Shown here: piece after piece, positions 18,525-27,812 of the stretch
Position numbering within the stretch: the stretch's first letter is position 1
Layout of the letters: each line of letters opens with the position of its first letter
From: Planctomycetota bacterium
Lineage (GTDB): Bacteria > Planctomycetota > UBA1135 > UBA2386
DNA: 64,000 bases
Reading direction: 5' to 3'
NCBI GenBank assembly: GCA_965223545.1
Contig: OZ245006.1
Span: 7,264,001 to 7,328,000 of the forward strand
The notes under the pieces: generated by a model
The model's database searches: none
The model's input: the letters and a program-made list of their open reading frames with translations, nothing else
What the model was told of the DNA's origin: nothing
Translations under genes and position numbers: made by a program

Positions 18525-19150
18525 GTCTGCAGGCAGGCGGGTGGGCGGCGGAGGCGATCGAAGTGTTGGGCGAGGGCGCCGAACAGGAGTTTGCGGGCGC
18601 GCATCAGGCGAATCGCCACCGTTCCAGTGGGCACGTTGAGGAGGGCGCCGGCCTCGCGATACTGCAGGCCCTGCAGCACGCACAGGCGGAAGACCTGCTG
18701 GTAGCGCTCGGGTAGGGCTCCGACGGCTCGGTCGAAGGCCTCCATCAGCTCGCGCTCTTCGAGCTCGCGCGGGGCCTCTCGGCCGATCGATTGCTCGAAG
18801 GGCGTGCCCTCCTCGTCATCGGTGGCAAAGCTGCTGAAGGGCCGGGGTGCGCGCCGGCGCGAACGCAGCGCGCTCAGCGCCTGGTTGCGCGCGATCTCAC
18901 ACAGCCAGCTGCGGAACTGGTCGCGGGGGACGTAGCGGTCGCAGTGCAGGAACACGCGCTCGAAGGTCTCTTGCGTCACGTCCTGCGCCAGATCGTCATC
19001 TTGGATCAGGGCCGCAATCATCTGCCGCAGTGCGGGCCGGTGCCGGCGCTGCAGCTCGGCCAAGCTGTCCTCGAGGTGGCCCTCCACCAGCCGGGCCATG
19101 AGCTGATCGTCGGACAGGGCGGTGAGATCCAGTGGCGCGCCGGCGGGCAT
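18521..19150 (-). CDS. ECF sigma factor
   Basis: LAQDVTQETF, FRSWLCEIARN, GTVAIRLMRARK. Confidence 0.9.
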   Translation of the reverse strand: MPAGAPLDLTALSDDQLMARLVEGHLEDSLAELQRRHRPALRQMIAALIQDDDLAQDVTQETFERVFLHCDRYVPRDQFRSWLCEIARNQALSALRSRRRAPRPFSSFATDDEEGTPFEQSIGREAPRELEERELMEAFDRAVGALPERYQQVFRLCVLQGLQYREAGALLNVPTGTVAIRLMRARKLLFGALAQHFDRLRRPPACLQT

Positions 19151-19320
19151 GCACGGCTGCAGAACAAGCTCCGTACCATCCCTCCAGGAAACTAGAGGGT
19201 TCCGCAAGCTGTTGCATTGACGAGGATTACGATGGTAGGTGAGAACCTGGTGCCGCTTCGCGAGGGCGGCGAGGTGCCCCCTCGGTGCGGCGGGGCATCG
19301 CGGCTCCCCCGGCCGGATCC

Positions 19321-20322
19321 TCAGCAGGGAAACAGCTCGCCGCCGCCTGCGAGGGTCGCGTCGAGCAGGGCGAGGTTGCCAGTGGCGTTGGGGTCCTGGC
19401 CGTGGGCGAGGTAGCCGTACCGCAGCCGGCGCAGCGCGAGGTAGACCAAGCACGAGCGGATGCCCCACTCGGCGCGGATCCGGTCCGAGCCGACGCGCGG
19501 GATCAGGTAGCGGCCGATCAGCGCGGTCTTCCATTCGCTGGCGCGTGGGCTGTGGATCCAGAACCAGGCCAGGTCGTGATCGATGTTGCCGATGCCGACG
19601 CGCTCGAAGTCGAGCAGGTATGGCCGCCCCTCCGCGTCGACGGTGATGTTCTCTTGGCAGAAGTCGCCGTGTACCAACACCGGTTGGCGGTTCTCGGTCC
19701 AGCGCAGGGCTTCCTTGAAGAACTCCTGTACGCGCGACCAGCGCCGCTCACCGATGACGAACAGCACAGGATCGTACATCTGCCGGACCCGGTCCAGGTA
19801 GCTCACCGTGTCCCATCGGTTGAGGGGCAGATTGCGGCGTGCCAGAACCGTGTCGATCGGCACCGCTTGGATGCGCTCGTGCAGCTCGTAGACGTGGCCT
19901 TGTCCCATGATCTCCTCGTCCGGGCCGACCGCTGGATCGATTCGCTGCAACAACAGCCACCGGGGTGGGTCGCCGGTGTCGAGGAGAACCGTGCGCGGCG
20001 CTGGCAACGTGCGGCGCTCGGGGTCGACGCTGTCGAGGAAGCGATAAAAGCCCGCTTCGCGCCGGGCGTAGTCGGCGGGTCGGACACCCGCCGGATAGAG
20101 CTGCTCCTCCGAGGGGGGGTGAAAGTACTTGAGCAGGTAGGGTTCGCCGTTGACCCCCGTGCACGGCAGGAGGGTCGACGAGCGGTGGCCGGACAGTGGT
20201 CGCGGCCGGTACTCTTCGGCCGGGCCGAGGCCGAGTGAGGCGATGACCTCATGCGCGGCGGCGAGGTGCCGGTCAGCGCCGGCGATCTCGGCGGGTGGGG
20301 GCTGGGGGTCGGGCTCGGTCAT
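19321..20322 (-). CDS. Aminoglycoside phosphotransferase/choline kinase-like protein
   Basis: YLLKYF, HGDFCQENI (Brenner motif), LLDFE. Confidence 0.8.
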   Translation of the reverse strand: MTEPDPQPPPAEIAGADRHLAAAHEVIASLGLGPAEEYRPRPLSGHRSSTLLPCTGVNGEPYLLKYFHPPSEEQLYPAGVRPADYARREAGFYRFLDSVDPERRTLPAPRTVLLDTGDPPRWLLLQRIDPAVGPDEEIMGQGHVYELHERIQAVPIDTVLARRNLPLNRWDTVSYLDRVRQMYDPVLFVIGERRWSRVQEFFKEALRWTENRQPVLVHGDFCQENITVDAEGRPYLLDFERVGIGNIDHDLAWFWIHSPRASEWKTALIGRYLIPRVGSDRIRAEWGIRSCLVYLALRRLRYGYLAHGQDPNATGNLALLDATLAGGGELFPC

Positions 20323-20505
20323 GCGCAGCCTCCGCTCGTGCGGCCAGCGGTGCACTGTAGCGTCGGTCGGTCAGCGATGCCGCCCGAGTGAAGCGGATTC
20401 TCCGGCGGCACCGCCGGTTGGCGGCCGGCGCACCCCGCTCGCGATGGTCCCGACCGGGTGGCGATCAAGCTGCCGCGGCGCCGTTGTCGAAGAGTCGACC
20501 AGGAC

Positions 20506-21729
20506 ATGTCCAAGCCGGAGCAGCTCGAGAACATCGCCGCTGTCGGAGGGCTGAGGGAGCAGCTCACCGCCTTCGTCGATGCCGTGGTCGCGCACCATGA
20601 GAGTGCCGCCGACGATTTCGAGGATCTGCTCGCCGATGCCCGCCAGCTGCTGCACCAGCAGCTGGCCGACAGCAGTGCCAAGCACGCGACGCGCGCCCTG
20701 CTGGAGAAGCTGCTGACCGAGCACCTGCGCGAGGCGCTGCCGGCCGAGGCCGATCCCGAGGGCCGCGCCGGCGCCGTCGGTGCCAGCCTGGTGGCGGGCT
20801 CCGTGCTCGCCGACTTCGCCACCGCCATCGATCGGGCGATGCTCGAGAGCCGCACGCCGCGCGACTACAGCTTTGCCGGCCGCGCCGACTTCATCAGCCT
20901 CGAGGAAGTGCTGCAGCTGCTTGGCGGCGCCAGCCACCGCGGTTGCTTGGCGCTCGAGAAGTCGGACAACCAGCTCGATGTCTATCTGGACAACAGCAGC
21001 ATCGTCTTCCTCGATCCCCACCGCTTCATCCGCCGGGTCCTGCCGTCGCCGGACCGGATGAGCTACCGCGAGATTCCGTCGGAGGCGTTGGCCAAGGCCG
21101 AAGCGCGGCACGCTGGCGAGGGCCTGCCGATCGTGATGACGCTCGCCGAGGAGGGCGTGTTCCGCGAGCAGGAGCTCGCCAACGTCGCCCGCGCGCTCGG
21201 TCTCGAGGTCCTCTATCAGTTCCTGCGCGATCAAACGGACTGCGCCTACACCTACCGGCGTCTCAACGAGCTGCCGCCGTTCGCGGTTTCGATCGCTTCC
21301 AAGCTACCGGTCACGCCGGTCTTGCTGGAAGGCAACAAGCGCCTCGACGACTGGCGCAGCCTGAGCCGCGTGTTCCCCGACCCCGACGCACCGCTGCGTC
21401 CGGTCGAGAACATGTTCGCCAAGATCTCTTCGCTCGACCTCAGCGTGCTGGAGATCAAGCTGTTGGCGCAGATCAACGACCAGGTGAGTCCCAACAAGTT
21501 GGCGCCGGCGATGGGGCTGCCCCTGCAGGACATCTACCACTACCTGGTGCGCTTCGCCAAAGAGGGCGTGCTGCTGCCCCCGGGCGGCGATGGCATGCTC
21601 GACGAGGTGGCGATCAGCATCGAGGAATCAGTCGAGATCGCGATCCAGGCGCTCGACGCGAACGACGATCACACCGCGGTCTCCAACGCTTTGGACAAGG
21701 TGTTGGGCGACGGGGATGGGTTCTTGTAA
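20506..21729 (+). CDS. DUF4388 (PatA-N) domain protein
   Basis: FAGRADFISLEEVLQLL..RGCLAL and VLLEGNKRLDDW patterns. Confidence 0.7.
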   Translation: MSKPEQLENIAAVGGLREQLTAFVDAVVAHHESAADDFEDLLADARQLLHQQLADSSAKHATRALLEKLLTEHLREALPAEADPEGRAGAVGASLVAGSVLADFATAIDRAMLESRTPRDYSFAGRADFISLEEVLQLLGGASHRGCLALEKSDNQLDVYLDNSSIVFLDPHRFIRRVLPSPDRMSYREIPSEALAKAEARHAGEGLPIVMTLAEEGVFREQELANVARALGLEVLYQFLRDQTDCAYTYRRLNELPPFAVSIASKLPVTPVLLEGNKRLDDWRSLSRVFPDPDAPLRPVENMFAKISSLDLSVLEIKLLAQINDQVSPNKLAPAMGLPLQDIYHYLVRFAKEGVLLPPGGDGMLDEVAISIEESVEIAIQALDANDDHTAVSNALDKVLGDGDGFL

Positions 21730-21770
21730 GCGGGCGTGCTGCCTCGAGCTCGCCCCCATGGACGGTGACA

Positions 21771-23129
21771 CTACAGGATTCGCTGTGCGCGCAACCAGTC
21801 GGTGATTGCACGGTAGAAGCCTGGGGCCTTCCTCGGCCAGACCCAGAACCCGGTCGGCCAGCGCCATTCGTTGTTCACCAGTTGGCGTGGCCTCTCGAAG
21901 CCGTGACCCACCCGCGGCAAGACCCGCACCGTAAGCCGCTGGTTGTCGGCCTCGTGTAGATAGCGCTGCAGCAAGGGCACGTTCTTGCGGGGGGGCACGA
22001 GTCCATCCTCCGCGGCGTACAGAGCTAGCACCGGGCACTTCAGTTGCCGAAGCGTGTTCGCTGGCTCGTACTCGTGGCGTCGCCACCAGGCCAGGTCGGA
22101 CTCCGCCGCAGGAATCTCGACGAAGTTGGCCCAGCGCTGCTCGCGGGCGACGGCCGCACGCGGCTGGAACTGAGACCAGGGGGTGTGCCCGTAGGCGACC
22201 TCGAACATCGCGCGCTGAAACGCCTGGGCCGCGGTCACGTCCTCGGCTTCGATGCCGGCGGCGCGCGCCTCTTCGCCGGTCAAGGTCGCGGCGATCGCGT
22301 CCAACTCTTGGTCGGCGACGCCGACTGCCGGCGCGGCGATCAGTACCAGAAATGCCAGCTCTGGTTCCTCGACAGCGACCATCGGACCGACCCACCCGCC
22401 TTGGCTGATGCCGAGAATGCCAACGCGGCGCCGGTCGATGTCCGCTCGGTCGCGCAGCATGGCGACGCCAGCGCGCGCATCCGCGGCCAGGTCGGCGAAC
22501 GTGGACTCGCGGTCGCCGGTCGATTCACCGGTGCCGCGTTTGTCGTAGACCAGAGCCGCCAGGCCACGCGCAGCGAGCGTCTCCCCCCAGCCACGGTAGG
22601 TCCATGCGTTGTCGCCGTCGTGGCGCCCCTTGGGATGCGAGCCGGCGATCACTACGGCTGCCGGGTGTGGCCCGGCGCCGGATGGAAGCACGAGCGTGCC
22701 CGCGATGCGCGCCCCTGGCGAGTCGAACGAGACTTCTTCGTAGCGCCATCGCGGGGGCAGGTCGGTGCGCCCGAGGTGTATGCGAACCGGTGGGCCCCAG
22801 CGTTCGTTGGCCCCGGTGATCTCCTCGACTTGCGCGTGGTAGGTGCAATCGAATCGTCCGTAGAGGAAGCGAAGTGACAACGCAGGTGGTTGCCAAGTCA
22901 GCTCGCGGAGCGGTTCTCGGTGGAGGCCGAGCTCCGGGATGCTGTACCAGCCGGAGGGGTCGGGTGCCGTCGACACGATCTCGACGTCGATCCTCTGGAC
23001 CGAGCCATCGCGCACGACAGCGCCCCGCCAGGTGCCGGTGATTCTGGCGTTTGCATCGGTGGTGGGTTGCGCCGCGCAAACGACGGCCAAGAGCACCGCC
23101 GCGGTCAGACTTGATGGGACGAGTTGCAT
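21771..23129 (-). CDS. Secreted alpha/beta hydrolase (S9/S15-like)
   Basis: Signal peptide; YDKRGTGES, GISQGG, EDGLV, VGHG. Confidence 0.85.
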   Translation of the reverse strand: MQLVPSSLTAAVLLAVVCAAQPTTDANARITGTWRGAVVRDGSVQRIDVEIVSTAPDPSGWYSIPELGLHREPLRELTWQPPALSLRFLYGRFDCTYHAQVEEITGANERWGPPVRIHLGRTDLPPRWRYEEVSFDSPGARIAGTLVLPSGAGPHPAAVVIAGSHPKGRHDGDNAWTYRGWGETLAARGLAALVYDKRGTGESTGDRESTFADLAADARAGVAMLRDRADIDRRRVGILGISQGGWVGPMVAVEEPELAFLVLIAAPAVGVADQELDAIAATLTGEEARAAGIEAEDVTAAQAFQRAMFEVAYGHTPWSQFQPRAAVAREQRWANFVEIPAAESDLAWWRRHEYEPANTLRQLKCPVLALYAAEDGLVPPRKNVPLLQRYLHEADNQRLTVRVLPRVGHGFERPRQLVNNEWRWPTGFWVWPRKAPGFYRAITDWLRAQRIL

Positions 23130-23327
23130 CTCCGCAAATGTGGTGTGGGGCGTTCTCGGTGGCTGTCGAATTCTTGCGCGCGTGCTCGAATACTAGGAGC
23201 CTGCCGCACGGGAGGACGAACCATGCACGCGTCTTTCGCACGAGCTCGCCCCGCCAAAACCCCAAAGAACCCACCGAGACACCTACGCGTTCGCGGCCCG
23301 GCCAAGCGCGAAGCTCAGCGCGGCCGA

Positions 23328-23500
23328 GGCCGCAACCAAACTCGGAGCAATCCGCGACCCGAGCGTCGGTCGCGGGTCCCGCGGTCGCCGGCCGCCGCGC
23401 TGAGCCCGGAGGCACTGTCTGTCCGAGCTTCCGGCGCCGCGGCGCCGTTGCCATGGCGGCGGCGTCGCCTCAAAAATGTCATCGGCGCTCACGTACTTGG
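23328..23500 (+). repeat. Dispersed repeat copy C carrying an empty IS110 target GGCCGCAACCAAA
   Basis: Colinear with the IS-deleted copy A (shared CCGCGA, GCGGTC, GCCGCGCTGAGC, CGAGC.TCCGG blocks). Confidence 0.7.
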
Positions 23501-23531
23501 TCGGTCCGCCTCCCGCGAGACAGGCTCCTAG

Positions 23532-25520
23532 CCCAACTTCCGCAGCTCGACGATTTTTGAGGCCAATTCGGAGCCTCGGCGCGGCGCCAGCCCGCTATCC
23601 ACCGTCGCGGCGGCGCAGATCGGCCGTGTAGTGCCAACCCGCCCCGTTGATCGGTGTGGCAGGGAGCACGACAACTGTGTGCGAGGCGGCGGACGTGTAC
23701 CTGCGACGCAAGACGGTCAGAAAGAACGGCAAGACCCACGAGTACTGGCTCCTCGTTCGGTCGGTGCGGCACGGTCGTCGAGTGCGGCAGGAGGTGATCG
23801 CGCAGCTGGGCAAACTGGATGCGAAGGGGCGACGCCGGGCTCGTGCGCTGGCAGATCGGATGACCGGTCGCCGAATGCACCCGAGCCTGTTTGAGCCACC
23901 GGTGACAGACGACGACCCGGTCGAGTCGATTCGCTTGAAGGAGGTCAGCCTCGACCGGACACGCCGCTTCGGCGACGTTTTCGTCGGCCTGGCGCTGTGG
24001 CACGCACTGAAGTTCGACGACGCACTCTGGGAGCTCATGCCGCGGGGCCGTGAAGATGTCCCGTGGTCGACGATGGCGGCAGCGATGGTCATCTGTCGGT
24101 TGTGCATGCCCTCCAGCGAGCTGCACCTGGCTGAAGTCCTGTACCGCCAGACCGCGCTTGACGACCTGCTTGGCCTGCCGGAAGGCAAGGTCAACGACGA
24201 CCGGCTCTACCGGGCTCTCGACCAGATCCTGCCGCACAAAGAGGCGCTGGAGCAGCATCTCCGCGCACGGCTCGGCGAGTTGTTCGACGTTCAGTACGAC
24301 TTGCTGCTCTACGACGTGACCTCGACCTACTTCGAAGGCCTCATGCTGGGCAACCCCCAGGCGCAGCGTGGCTACAGCCGAGATCACCGGCCTGACTGCA
24401 AACAGGTTTGCATCGCTCTGGTCGTGACCAGACAGGGAATCCCTCTTGCGCACGAAGTGTTCGACGGCAATCGGACTGACGTCACGACGGTCCGCGAGAT
24501 CGTCGAGACGATGGAGCGGCGATTCGGTGCTGCTGATCGCATCTGGGTCATGGACCGCGGAATGGTGAGCAAGCGCAACCTGAAATGGTTGAAGGAGGGA
24601 AGGCGACGGTACGTCATCGGCGCATCGCGTTCGGACCTGCGCCGCTTCGAACAGGAGATCGTCGACCGTCGAGACTGGCGCAGCATTCGTGAGGATGTCG
24701 AGGTCAAGCTCTGCCCGAGCGAGGACGGGGAGGAGACGTTCATCCTGTGTCGCTCCCAGGCGCGCATCGAGAAGGACGCCGCAATTGTCGCGCGAGCAGC
24801 CGAACGCATTCGCGCGAGGCTTGCGTCGCTCGAACGCCGACTGGCGGCGTCGAAGAAGTCGATCGAACGGGACCGCGTCAATCAACAGATCGGACGCATC
24901 TTGGCCCAGAACTCGCGGGCCTCCACGTGCTTCTCGGTTTCGTTGATCGAAGCCCCGGATCGACCATCGGGGCTTGCCGTGGAGGCTTGTGAGAACACGA
25001 ACTGGGTGGACCAGAGCGCCGGGTGCTACCTGCTCAGGTCCAACGTGACGGGTTGGACAGATGAGGAGCTTTGGCGGACGTACATCCAGCTCACTGATGC
25101 TGAGTCCGCGTTTCGGATCCAGAAGTCCGAGCTGTCGATCCGCCCGGTGTGGCATCAACGCGAGGACCGGGTCAGGGCGCACATCCTCGTCTGCTTCCTC
25201 GCCTACGCCTTGTGGAAAACGCTCGAGCTCTGGCAGGAGAAGGCCGGACTCGGCAACAGCCCGGCCGCCATCCTCGAGGAGCTCCGTCAGGTCCAAAGCG
25301 CAGACGTGCTCCTGCCAACTACTGACGGCCGCGAACTCCGGGTCCGCTGCGTGGTCACCCCCAACGAGGCGCAGGCGCACCTGCTCGACCGGCTCGGCAT
25401 CCAGCTACCCAGGAGGCTATCCGTCCCCGCGCCACTCCGTTCGACCGCGATGTAGTGCCAACCAATCGACGTAAGTCGTTGCTTTTCAACGTGACGACCC
25501 GTCGAACTGCGGAAGTTGGG
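23532..25520 (+). mobile_element. IS1634-family insertion sequence
   Basis: 21-bp TIRs CCCAACTTCCGCAG(C/T)TCGACG with 1 mismatch; CTAG on both sides (23528-31, 25521-24). Confidence 0.9.
23695..25455 (+). CDS. IS1634 family DDE transposase
   Basis: LYDVTSTYFEG, GYSRDHRPD, VMDRGM, AESAFRIQKSEL..RP, AHILVCFLAY. Confidence 0.92.
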   Translation: MYLRRKTVRKNGKTHEYWLLVRSVRHGRRVRQEVIAQLGKLDAKGRRRARALADRMTGRRMHPSLFEPPVTDDDPVESIRLKEVSLDRTRRFGDVFVGLALWHALKFDDALWELMPRGREDVPWSTMAAAMVICRLCMPSSELHLAEVLYRQTALDDLLGLPEGKVNDDRLYRALDQILPHKEALEQHLRARLGELFDVQYDLLLYDVTSTYFEGLMLGNPQAQRGYSRDHRPDCKQVCIALVVTRQGIPLAHEVFDGNRTDVTTVREIVETMERRFGAADRIWVMDRGMVSKRNLKWLKEGRRRYVIGASRSDLRRFEQEIVDRRDWRSIREDVEVKLCPSEDGEETFILCRSQARIEKDAAIVARAAERIRARLASLERRLAASKKSIERDRVNQQIGRILAQNSRASTCFSVSLIEAPDRPSGLAVEACENTNWVDQSAGCYLLRSNVTGWTDEELWRTYIQLTDAESAFRIQKSELSIRPVWHQREDRVRAHILVCFLAYALWKTLELWQEKAGLGNSPAAILEELRQVQSADVLLPTTDGRELRVRCVVTPNEAQAHLLDRLGIQLPRRLSVPAPLRSTAM

Positions 25521-25526
25521 CTAGCG

Positions 25527-26366
25527 GTGCTTGCCGACCGCGATCGTCCGGGAGATTGCGACCGCTTGCTGCGGACGGCCTTGTGGCAACGCGGTGGAGT
25601 GGAGGTGGTGGGGACTCGCTGGCTGCCCGGCCACCACCCGGCGACGAGCAGTGACGTCACCGGCGCTGCCGTGATCGAGCTGATGTTGTGCGGTGCGTTT
25701 CGCATGCGCTGCAGCCGGGGCGACGCACTCGGCGACACCAACTCCGCGGTCCTGTTCAACGCCGGCGAGGTCTACGAGATCTCGCACCCGGTCGCGCGGC
25801 CCAACCGCGGAGTGTCGATCCGCGTCGACCAAAGGGCTGCAGCGTGGGCGGGTGATGTGGACCATGGCGACTTCGAGGGGCCCGGGGTGCGCTTGTCGGC
25901 GGCTGCCCTGGTCGACGCACATCGTGTGATGGTGCTGCTGGCGCGGACAGACCGCGAACCGATGGAGATCGAGGAAACGATCGCGGCATTGATTGGCCAT
26001 TGTCGCGGGCTCCGCCCCGATGGCGGTCGCTCGACTTCAGCCAACGCGGCGCGGCGAGTCGAACGGGCGCGCGAGGTGCTGAACGCGGCCTTCGCCGATC
26101 GCTTGACCCTGCAAGGTGTCGCGGCGGAGGTAGGGTGCTCGCCGTGGCAGCTGTCGCGCGACTTCACCCGTGTGACAGGCGTGCGTATGCATCGCTACTT
26201 GTGTCGATTGCGCGTGCGGGCCGCCGTCGGCATGTTGCTGCGGCGCCGCGACCTCACCGCGCTTGCGCTGTCTGTGGGTTTCTCCAGCCACAGCCACTTC
26301 ACGGCGGCTTTCCGCCAAGAGTTCGGCGTCCCGCCCAGTGCTGTCCGCGTCGCCCTGATGGCATGA
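25527..26366 (+). CDS. AraC family transcriptional regulator
   Basis: C-terminal double HTH, VGFSSHSHFTAAFRQEFG; start uncertain, immediately after the IS. Confidence 0.85.
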   Translation: MLADRDRPGDCDRLLRTALWQRGGVEVVGTRWLPGHHPATSSDVTGAAVIELMLCGAFRMRCSRGDALGDTNSAVLFNAGEVYEISHPVARPNRGVSIRVDQRAAAWAGDVDHGDFEGPGVRLSAAALVDAHRVMVLLARTDREPMEIEETIAALIGHCRGLRPDGGRSTSANAARRVERAREVLNAAFADRLTLQGVAAEVGCSPWQLSRDFTRVTGVRMHRYLCRLRVRAAVGMLLRRRDLTALALSVGFSSHSHFTAAFRQEFGVPPSAVRVALMA

Positions 26367-26376
26367 GGCGTCTCAG

Positions 26377-27765
26377 TCATTCATCGTCCGCGCTGGCTGC
26401 CTGCCGCTCGAACGCCGCGATCCACAGCTCGCGCCGCCACGCGGCTTCGGCGCGCCATGCCGTGGGCCGAAAGCCGTGGGCCGCCATCCACGTCCGCAGC
26501 TTGCGCCGCGTCAACGAGTGGCGCGTGCGCTCGGCACCCGCGAATCGATGGCGCAGCCAGCGGCGGATGCCGTGCGCCGATGCCGGGTGGAAGAAGGACA
26601 CCACGACGTAGCGCCGCGCCACCCGGCTCGCCTCGGCGAGGGCCCGCTGCGCCGCCGGTGGCGGCAGGTGGTGCAGGAAGCGAAACAACACCACGCCGTC
26701 GACGGTCCGGTCGGCGAGGGGGAGCTCTTGCGCGTCGCCGAGGGCGACCGGCAGTGCAGGCTGCGCTGCGCGAGCTTCGCGGAGCATCGCGATCGAGCGA
26801 TCCACGCCGTACGGCGTCGCACCCTGCGCGCGCAGCCAGCCGGCCACTCGCCCGGCGCCGCAGGGCGCGTCGAGCACGGTGTCTCCCGTTGCGCCAGGCC
26901 AGACCGCGGCCAAGCGGGCGAGCTCGCGCGCGTGCCGCTTCGGGTTGCGGTGCCGGTAGGCGCGGCTCTTGCCCTGCGCGTCGTAGCGCGAGTGCGTGTC
27001 CCGTCGGCCGCCGCTTTGCGCGAGCAGTTGGCGGCGCACCGATCGGGCCAGCCCCAACGCCCGCAGCAGCCGGACGGCAAAGGCGAGGGCCACGCGGTCG
27101 GGCACCGCGAGGCCGCGGACCGAGGTGCGGAAACGGCGCAGGATCCGGCGCCCGTCGCGCCGGCGCGGCCGCCGCGCGAGGCGGCCGTTGTGCAGGTCGA
27201 TGACGGCCAGCGCGTCGGGTGCCGGGCCGGTGAGGAACACGTGATCGGCCGACATGTCCGGCAGCACGATGCCGGCGGCGGTGATGCGGGTGATCAGCCG
27301 GATCACCGCGCCGCGCACGCAGTCGTCCGCGGGCCGATGCGCGATCCGATCGCGCAGGGTTTCGCCGGGCAGCGCTGCGCACACGTAGTACGACGCCGCA
27401 CCGCGGCGCGCGATCGCGACCGGGCGGGCGGTGGCGACCCCGGCGGCGCGCAGGGCGCGCGCGACGCCGAGCTCGCGCTGCGCATCACTGGCAGCGCGCG
27501 GTCGGGTCACCGCGAACTGAACGCGGTTCTTCAGCTGGGTCTTGGCGAAGCACTTGACGTAGTAGGTCTGTCCGTCGCGTTCGATCCGCAGTACGCGGCG
27601 ATACCGGTTTGCCGGTGCGGCGAGTGCGTGTGGGCCATCGAGGACCGATTCCACCGAGCCGAGCGCGCCGCGCTCGCGCTCGGTCGCTTCGACGAACTGC
27701 CACGCGGTCACGCCGGCAGAGCTTAGGCGGCGTGGCGGCTGCCGGTCCACGGTGCGCTCGCGCAC
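26377..27765 (-). CDS. Fusion of an LPS kinase (WaaP/Kdo/InaA-like) and a class I methyltransferase
   Basis: N-half YYVKCF, PDMSADHVF, VIDLH; C-half VLDAPCGAGR, RFLHHLP. Confidence 0.75.
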   Translation of the reverse strand: MRERTVDRQPPRRLSSAGVTAWQFVEATERERGALGSVESVLDGPHALAAPANRYRRVLRIERDGQTYYVKCFAKTQLKNRVQFAVTRPRAASDAQRELGVARALRAAGVATARPVAIARRGAASYYVCAALPGETLRDRIAHRPADDCVRGAVIRLITRITAAGIVLPDMSADHVFLTGPAPDALAVIDLHNGRLARRPRRRDGRRILRRFRTSVRGLAVPDRVALAFAVRLLRALGLARSVRRQLLAQSGGRRDTHSRYDAQGKSRAYRHRNPKRHARELARLAAVWPGATGDTVLDAPCGAGRVAGWLRAQGATPYGVDRSIAMLREARAAQPALPVALGDAQELPLADRTVDGVVLFRFLHHLPPPAAQRALAEASRVARRYVVVSFFHPASAHGIRRWLRHRFAGAERTRHSLTRRKLRTWMAAHGFRPTAWRAEAAWRRELWIAAFERQAASADDE

Positions 27766-27812
27766 CCCTCGCTATCGAATCCGCTCGGGCGGTCGACGAT
27801 GATCGCGGTCCC

